Of a stretch of DNA of 64,000 nt, positions 58,989-64,000 are shown piece after piece. The translations under genes were made by a program, and so were the position numbers. Within the stretch, counting starts at the first letter, position 1, and every line of letters begins with the position of its first letter. The notes under the pieces are model-generated. The model did not search any database. It had not been told where the DNA came from and worked only from the letters and a program-made list of their open reading frames with translations. The stretch is from assembly GCA_964403505.1 (NCBI GenBank), contig CAYOFP010000001.1, positions 6,548 through 70,547 of the forward strand. Reading direction: 5' to 3'. Source of the stretch: an uncultured Lachnospiraceae bacterium. GTDB taxonomy: Bacteria; Bacillota; Clostridia; Oscillospirales; CAG-272.

Positions 58989-59017
58989 TTGACAAATGAA
59001 ATTAACGATGTTATAAT
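58989..59017 (+). promoter_or_regulatory. Early (lytic-side) promoter (TTGACA-17 nt-TATAAT)
   Basis: Plus strand reads TTGACAaatgaaattaacgatgtTATAAT. AGGAGA RBS and ATG at 59053. Confidence 0.65.
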
Positions 59018-59052
59018 TCAACTGTCCACAAAGTAGACGAAAGGAGAAAAAT

Positions 59053-59322
59053 ATGGAAACTAAAAATTTTCGCGGTATTGTTTTGAATAAGTATCGATCG
59101 ATTGCGGATTTTTCTCACGCAATTGGATGGAGCTATCGAAAAGCGTATAGTATTGTCAATGGTACTCAGGATCCAAATGTAGATGATGTGCGCCAAATGG
59201 CAGAAGTACTCGATCTGCAGTCGAAAGATGAATTTATCAGTATTTTTTTTGCGCCGTTGTCCACATTGTGGTCGAACGAGCGCTTTGAAGAAACGCGACT
59301 ATGGCAGAAAGGAGATTTATAA
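59053..59322 (+). CDS. Cro-like HTH protein
   Basis: 89 aa. YRSIADFSHAIGWSYRKAYSIVNGTQDP is HTH-like. It is the first gene of the rightward operon. Confidence 0.65.
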   Translation: METKNFRGIVLNKYRSIADFSHAIGWSYRKAYSIVNGTQDPNVDDVRQMAEVLDLQSKDEFISIFFAPLSTLWSNERFEETRLWQKGDL

Positions 59323-59523
59323 ATGCTGTTGACTTTATCCAAAGAAGAAGCGATCGGATTACTGTCTGGAATGGAGAAAGAATTACGGATTTTTTCTCAC
59401 AGCCCCGTTGAGCGCTTGGAGCAATATGCCGAAAAAGTAGATGCGGATGGCGCGACCGTATGGGCGCAGGCACAGGCGGAGGCGTTGCGCATGGCTATTC
59501 AAATAATGTCAAATCAGGAATGA
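59323..59523 (+). CDS. Hypothetical phage protein
   Basis: 66 aa ORF that abuts the cro-like gene (TAA then ATG). Confidence 0.45.
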   Translation: MLLTLSKEEAIGLLSGMEKELRIFSHSPVERLEQYAEKVDADGATVWAQAQAEALRMAIQIMSNQE

Positions 59524-59737
59524 TCGGGCGAGAAAAATCTATGTCTTCTTTATGTGATGTGAACATCACGGATAGTGCAAGTGAGCACTTGCTACATATT
59601 TCGCTACCGTGATAATTATCACATCCGTTGTTTTTAAAGACATCGATGCCATTATTATTTCGCATGAATTGAAGTTCAACCGTTTGTATCTGTTTAGTCA
59701 ATGGGCATTGTACCTCGATTTTTGCAAAATTTATCAT
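59495..59737 (-). CDS. Hypothetical Cys-containing 80-aa protein, oriented opposite to the early operon
   Basis: GAGG RBS lies 8 nt upstream. Cysteines at positions 11, 39, 48 and 51 (CSKC). Confidence 0.45.
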   Translation of the reverse strand: MINFAKIEVQCPLTKQIQTVELQFMRNNNGIDVFKNNGCDNYHGSEICSKCSLALSVMFTSHKEDIDFSRPIIPDLTLFE

Positions 59738-59810
59738 AAGATTACCTCACAAGTATTTTTTGACAGTATAGCACGAAACAAAAGGAAAAGCAAGAAAGGA
59801 GAGTGAGGGT

Positions 59811-60470
59811 ATGAAACATAATAGTGATTTTTACATTCACATCTTGACAAATATGCGAGACAATATCGCAAAAAGAAAAAAGCCGATCGAGCAGATCATG
59901 GACGATCATATATCAGATTTTGGAGAGAGTACGAGCGAGGTATGCGAATTACAAGAGGAGGCGCTGAGCTGGGCTCTCGAAGTAATGGAGAAGAAGAATA
60001 TGCCGGCTCGGGAATTTGAACTGCTGACCGTGCTCTATCGCATGCGCACTGAAGACTATATCAGAGAGGCGGAACTGCTCAATCGCTTCTTGGGAAAACC
60101 CGACGGCGGCGTGAATGGCGCCAAGAGTGATTTGAAATCCCTGCTCAGACGGGAATGCGCAGAACGACACCCAAAAAACAAGTATCTATACCGTATTACT
60201 TCATTAGGCATTGATGTCTACGAAATTGAATGCAAGAAACGGAAGAAGAAGCGGATAAAGGTCAAAACAAAGCCGATGGAAGAAATGGCGATAGTGAAAA
60301 AGCCTCCGCTGAAAGAACGGTTAAAGGATTTCTTTGAGAACACCGACCCCGATGATGTGATGGCTTGGTTGGATGCCGCATTAATGGTTGCATTTGTTGT
60401 GTTAATAGTGGCAGTTGTTCTCGTGCTCGTCGTATTGTGCATACACAAACTCGGAAGTCCGGGAAGATAA
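59811..60470 (+). CDS. Hypothetical phage protein with a C-terminal TM helix
   Basis: 219 aa. GGAGAG RBS. A lysine-rich segment, then AALMVAFVVLIVAVVLVLVVLCI. Confidence 0.55.
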   Translation: MKHNSDFYIHILTNMRDNIAKRKKPIEQIMDDHISDFGESTSEVCELQEEALSWALEVMEKKNMPAREFELLTVLYRMRTEDYIREAELLNRFLGKPDGGVNGAKSDLKSLLRRECAERHPKNKYLYRITSLGIDVYEIECKKRKKKRIKVKTKPMEEMAIVKKPPLKERLKDFFENTDPDDVMAWLDAALMVAFVVLIVAVVLVLVVLCIHKLGSPGR

Positions 60471-60501
60471 AAACTTATAAAGGAGGGAGGGATTCAGAGC
60501 T

Positions 60502-60720
60502 ATGGAAAAACAAGGATACAGAGAAAACTATGAATTGTTAGTGACGATGTTTCCCGCACGTGCGGGGATATCGATCGAAGAGGCGGCAAAGGCAATGGGA
60601 GTCAATCACAAGACGGTACGTGCGGCGACGCTGCGTGCACGCAATCCCCTGCCGTGCACAAAAATGGGAAGTCGAATCGTTATCCCGATCGCAGGACTCG
60701 CACGGTGGATGTGCGGGTAA
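60502..60720 (+). CDS. Excisionase-like/MerR-type HTH DNA-binding protein
   Basis: 72 aa. ISIEEAAKAMGVNHKTVRAATLR...RIVIPIAGLARWM is typical of HTH_17/Xis. Confidence 0.6.
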   Translation: MEKQGYRENYELLVTMFPARAGISIEEAAKAMGVNHKTVRAATLRARNPLPCTKMGSRIVIPIAGLARWMCG

Positions 60721-60730
60721 GGAGGATGAA

Positions 60731-61177
60731 ATGTTGATAGAAATTAATTACATAGTAACACGCAAAGAGGGGCGGCGGACGGTGCGAGATCTGCGGCGCG
60801 AATGTGTGTCTGTCGGAAAAGAATATATGAATGCGGAACGGGTGACAAGTGACGGACGCGATCTTATATTACAGTTACTCGAGCTTCGCTATAAGCTCTC
60901 ATGCGGCGGAACGGTGAGCGATCTCAAAGTCGGACTCAATCCCGAGGTTGCCCGTGAAATGCGTCTGCAACGGATGGAGCTTGAGTGCTACGAGCACCTT
61001 AAGCGCGAAAACATAGTCAGTCCGTTGGTAAGAAAGCTCGAGATGGAATACCGACAAAAGCACGGGTTACACTACATGGAACCTCTCAATTTTAAGGCAC
61101 GCCGAGAGATCGAGCTTGACTTCAAAAATGCAAAGCTGGCTGAGGTGTTGGCCGAAAAAGAAAGGAGCGCAAAATGA
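60731..61177 (+). CDS. Hypothetical phage protein
   Basis: The start at MLIEINY follows a GGAGGA RBS. 148 aa. Confidence 0.5.
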   Translation: MLIEINYIVTRKEGRRTVRDLRRECVSVGKEYMNAERVTSDGRDLILQLLELRYKLSCGGTVSDLKVGLNPEVAREMRLQRMELECYEHLKRENIVSPLVRKLEMEYRQKHGLHYMEPLNFKARREIELDFKNAKLAEVLAEKERSAK

Positions 61178-61401
61178 ACGTCATAGAAGCAACGCAGAAA
61201 GCGCAGTCAGATCTTATCCGTCAGCTGAGGAAGGAGAACGAAGAACTGATGAAAGAGATCGAGGAACTGAAGCGGGAAAACAAGAGATTGAAAAACAAGC
61301 TTGATGATGCCGAGGCGATCATCGTATGCAATCGCATAGTGAAACCCGAAGGCGCAAAAAAGACCTTTTTCGTGCCGGCAAAGGCTCATGGTCGGGGGTA
61401 A
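61174..61401 (+). CDS. Hypothetical coiled-coil phage protein
   Basis: 75 aa. 4-nt overlap with the upstream ORF. Heptad-rich segment LRKENEELMKEIEELKRENKRLKNKL. Confidence 0.5.
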   Translation: MNVIEATQKAQSDLIRQLRKENEELMKEIEELKRENKRLKNKLDDAEAIIVCNRIVKPEGAKKTFFVPAKAHGRG

Positions 61402-61403
61402 CT

Positions 61404-61748
61404 ATGCCTAGATATAATATCGCTATCTTAGATAACGGCGCGCAGGCGCTTGTGCGGAAACGCGAGGAGGTCGCAACGCTCAAGCAGTTGAGCGAGAAGC
61501 TCTATAAGCCGCTCGTACAGTATATCGGACGGGCAAAGGTGGCGCAGGGCGCGCTCGCCGGCACATCGGTGCACACGGTACAGCTTCCTTTCGGCACCCT
61601 GCTCTGCTATCCGAGCGGCGTGGGGTTCCCCGAGGAGAGCGTAGCCGAGCCTTGGGGTGTTCCGAGCTCAGACGACGAAGCTGAAAATGTGCCAAAGAAA
61701 TACAGAGTTTCAAGGCGCAGGAGGTCGGCAGATGAGACAGATATATAA
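61404..61748 (+). CDS. Hypothetical phage protein
   Basis: Start at MPRYNIAILDNG. 114 aa. Confidence 0.45.
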   Translation: MPRYNIAILDNGAQALVRKREEVATLKQLSEKLYKPLVQYIGRAKVAQGALAGTSVHTVQLPFGTLLCYPSGVGFPEESVAEPWGVPSSDDEAENVPKKYRVSRRRRSADETDI

Positions 61749-62097
61749 TTTTTCCGTTATCAGCGAGCATGAGGCGATCATGATGTATAACAATGCAAAA
61801 GATAAGCGCATTCAGGTAGGTGTGCTCGCTGACCTGCTCTGCTGTACGAAAGAGGATGTCCGCAAACTGTTACGCGAGCATGGGTGTGAAACCGACGAGC
61901 ACGGCACGGTGCGGAAGCGCACTCCTCGGAAGAACGATTGGAAAGACGAGGAGACGGCGGTGATCGTGCAGATGTTCGACGAAGGCGCGAGCGTTGAGCA
62001 AATGGCGGCGATGGTCGGGCGGAGCAGAAATTCAGTCAGAACGAAGCTCAAAAAGATGGGGAGATTTTTCAGAAAACGAGGATTTAACAATGGATAA
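61732..62097 (+). CDS. Hypothetical phage protein (possible HTH/SANT-like C-terminus)
   Basis: The start at MRQIYNF follows an AGGAGG RBS. 121 aa. Confidence 0.45.
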   Translation: MRQIYNFSVISEHEAIMMYNNAKDKRIQVGVLADLLCCTKEDVRKLLREHGCETDEHGTVRKRTPRKNDWKDEETAVIVQMFDEGASVEQMAAMVGRSRNSVRTKLKKMGRFFRKRGFNNG

Positions 62098-62257
62098 GAA
62101 AACAGAAGGCAGGACAGCATACCAAATCATGGAGGATGCAGCAGCGCAGATCTGCGATCGAGTGTGCAAGTACAACGAATTATACGGCGAGGACGAGGAC
62201 AAGGAAGAAACACTTTATGCGATGTGTGAGAAGTGCCCGCTGAATCGCTTGATTTAA
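62090..62257 (+). CDS. Hypothetical small Cys-containing phage protein
   Basis: 55 aa starting MDKKTEGRTAYQ..., with CDRVC and CEKC motifs. Confidence 0.4.
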   Translation: MDKKTEGRTAYQIMEDAAAQICDRVCKYNELYGEDEDKEETLYAMCEKCPLNRLI

Positions 62258-62269
62258 AGGAGAGAAACA

Positions 62270-63625
62270 ATGGAAACAAAAAATATCGTAATGATCGCAA
62301 CAGAAAAGCTGGATGCGCATCCGGACAATCCGCGTAAAGAGATAGGAGACATAACGGAACTTACAGCGAGCATTAAAGCAAAGGGAATCATGCAGAACCT
62401 GACGGTAGTGCCGTGGTTTACGCCGGACACCCGACAGGAGGTCGGTGACGAGATGCCGGGATACTATCGGGTGATAATCGGTCACCGCAGACTTGCAGCT
62501 GCACGGGAGGCGGGTCTTGCCGAGGTTCCGTGCGTGATCGCACATCTCAGTCCACAGGAACAGATAGAGACGATGTTGCTCGAAAATATGCAGCGTTCCG
62601 ATCTGACAGCCTATGAACAGGCGCAAGGCTTCCAGATTATGCTGGACTTCGGCGACGATATTACGGCGGTATCCGAAAAAACGGGATTTTCCGAAACGAC
62701 TATTCGACGCAGGATCAAACTGTGCGAGCTGCCGCCCGAGCGGCTCAAAGCGGCTTCGGACAAACAGATAACGATCACAGAGCTCGATCGCTTAGCCAAG
62801 ATCGAAAACCCTGATACACGGGCGCTCGTGCTTGCCGCATACGGCACAAACAATTACGAAAACGAATATACTAAGGCAATCAAGGCGCAGCAGGACGCAG
62901 CAAACGAGGCGCGTTGGCGGGAAATATTTGCAAAACACGGAGTAACAGAGATATCGAAAGAGGATATGTGGAGCGGAAAATACGGCAACGCCGGGAAATG
63001 GCTCAATTTATCTGATCCGGAGAGCGCTCTCGACGGAAAGCTGATCGAGGGGCGTCAGAATTATTTCTGCCTATACTACAATAAGCTCTATCTGAGGCAT
63101 GAGATCGTAAAGACTGACGATATGCCTCCAAGCGAGGAGGAGATCGCAGAGGAACAACGCAAGGAAAAAGAAAACGCTCGTCGAAATGCGGTGCGTGAGG
63201 CGACGGCGCGGGCGTATATGCTGCGGAAGGAATATATTCTCGGCATAAACGAGCGACAGGCGAAGGAGCACTTTTCCGAGATCGTGAAGTATTTGTCTGT
63301 CCTGAACGATGATGGAATAACATACGACACTGAGGCGTACGAGCTATTACGACTGTACAAGGTTGATCTTCCCGACCCGTATGATATAGGCGAAGAGCTG
63401 ACAAAGTTTGTTCGCTCTTGTCCTTACAAAGCGCTGCTCGGCGAGGTATATCTTATGTCGGGAGACGATGAGCGTACCGGTTATGATGATTTTTACGGTA
63501 AATATGAAGATAATGACACTCTCGACGAACTGTACGAATTTTTACATGCGATCGGGTATCAAATGAGCGATGAGGAATGTGCACTGAAAGAGGGCACGAG
63601 CGAGTTATTTGAGGTGAAAGAATGA
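62270..63625 (+). CDS. ParB/Srx N-terminal (ParB-like nuclease) domain protein
   Basis: LDAHPDNPRK...VIIGHRRLAAAREAGLAEVPCVI is the ParB N-domain signature. 451 aa. Confidence 0.85.
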   Translation: METKNIVMIATEKLDAHPDNPRKEIGDITELTASIKAKGIMQNLTVVPWFTPDTRQEVGDEMPGYYRVIIGHRRLAAAREAGLAEVPCVIAHLSPQEQIETMLLENMQRSDLTAYEQAQGFQIMLDFGDDITAVSEKTGFSETTIRRRIKLCELPPERLKAASDKQITITELDRLAKIENPDTRALVLAAYGTNNYENEYTKAIKAQQDAANEARWREIFAKHGVTEISKEDMWSGKYGNAGKWLNLSDPESALDGKLIEGRQNYFCLYYNKLYLRHEIVKTDDMPPSEEEIAEEQRKEKENARRNAVREATARAYMLRKEYILGINERQAKEHFSEIVKYLSVLNDDGITYDTEAYELLRLYKVDLPDPYDIGEELTKFVRSCPYKALLGEVYLMSGDDERTGYDDFYGKYEDNDTLDELYEFLHAIGYQMSDEECALKEGTSELFEVKE

Positions 63626-63969
63626 CACGCCATTTTTATTTAAATCCTACTTTAGATCAGCCTCAAGAATCAGTTTATAGTATCATTCAGAAAGCAAGTG
63701 TTCAGATGCTTGATAAGATCGAAGATACCTGTACCAATCTGATATTAGATGCGGCGAGAGAAAAAGGGATAACCGATCTTATCCTTTTGGATAAGAAAGC
63801 TATCGTTGAGGTATTTGAACGACAGATTCCCCAAAAACCGATCGAACTCTTTGGGAGAGCGCACTGCCCTTGTTGCGATACAATAGCATCTATCGCTCAG
63901 AACTTCTGTTATAAGTGCGGACAAAAATTAGATTGGAAGGTGAAGACAGAGGATGAATGCAATTCTTAA
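63622..63969 (+). CDS. Hypothetical phage protein with a zinc-ribbon motif
   Basis: 115 aa. CPCC...CYKCG. Confidence 0.45.
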   Translation: MTRHFYLNPTLDQPQESVYSIIQKASVQMLDKIEDTCTNLILDAAREKGITDLILLDKKAIVEVFERQIPQKPIELFGRAHCPCCDTIASIAQNFCYKCGQKLDWKVKTEDECNS

Positions 63970-64000
63970 ATATCCGTGTGCAAAGTGGAGGATCAGCGAG
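63953..64000 (+). CDS. Possible DNA adenine methyltransferase, N-terminal 16 aa only (truncated by the window edge)
   Basis: MNAILKYPCAKWRISE resembles the YPGxKWR N-terminal motif of phage Dam-like methylases. Too short to be sure. Confidence 0.3.
   Translation, partial: MNAILKYPCAKWRISE

Larger units (their letters stand above)
55495..64000. mobile_element. Prophage-like integrative element (left end plus lysogeny and early modules; continues past the window edge)
   Basis: tRNA-fragment att site, tyrosine integrase, Abi gene, divergent CI/Cro-type HTH genes with consensus promoters, Xis-like HTH, a run of small overlapping plus-strand ORFs, a ParB-like protein and a methylase N-terminus. 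Confidence 0.85.

Overview
The window is a chromosomal segment from a Firmicute. It looks Clostridia-like: SLH-anchored surface proteins, a sepF-yggT-divIVA-ileS-lspA-rluD cluster, and holB-ricT-rsmI synteny. The taxon is inference only. Most of the window is minus-strand housekeeping: rpoC/rpoB, metG, ileS, miaA, queA, mnmA, rsmI, holB, and a four-gene Na+-translocating decarboxylase operon. Plus-strand loci are an AraC-linked sugar isomerase/oxidoreductase operon, rpsT, dapA behind a structured leader, and thiT behind a clear TPP riboswitch.

Three regions look accessory:
(1) 5.06-12.5 kb, directly upstream of rpoBC. This is a tandemly amplified ~3.04 kb cassette. It encodes a secreted Cys/His amidase-like protein plus a type-I membrane-anchored partner that shares the amidase's N-terminal domain. 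There are two full units, one of them frameshifted, plus an orphan third small gene. Identity between the units is mosaic, which suggests gene conversion.
(2) Two large SLH-anchored surface proteins, one NlpC/P60 with Listeria-Bacteroides repeats and one BspA-type LRR. They share a Cys-rich module.
(3) From ~55.5 kb to the window end, a prophage-like element integrated at a tRNA 3' end. It carries an integrase, an Abi_2 (AbiD/F-like) abortive-infection gene with its own consensus promoter and leader hairpin, an unknown TM protein, a CI/Cro-type switch, an Xis-like HTH, and a ParB-like nuclease-domain protein.

All functional calls come from reading the translated ORFs and recognising motifs. 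No database search was run.
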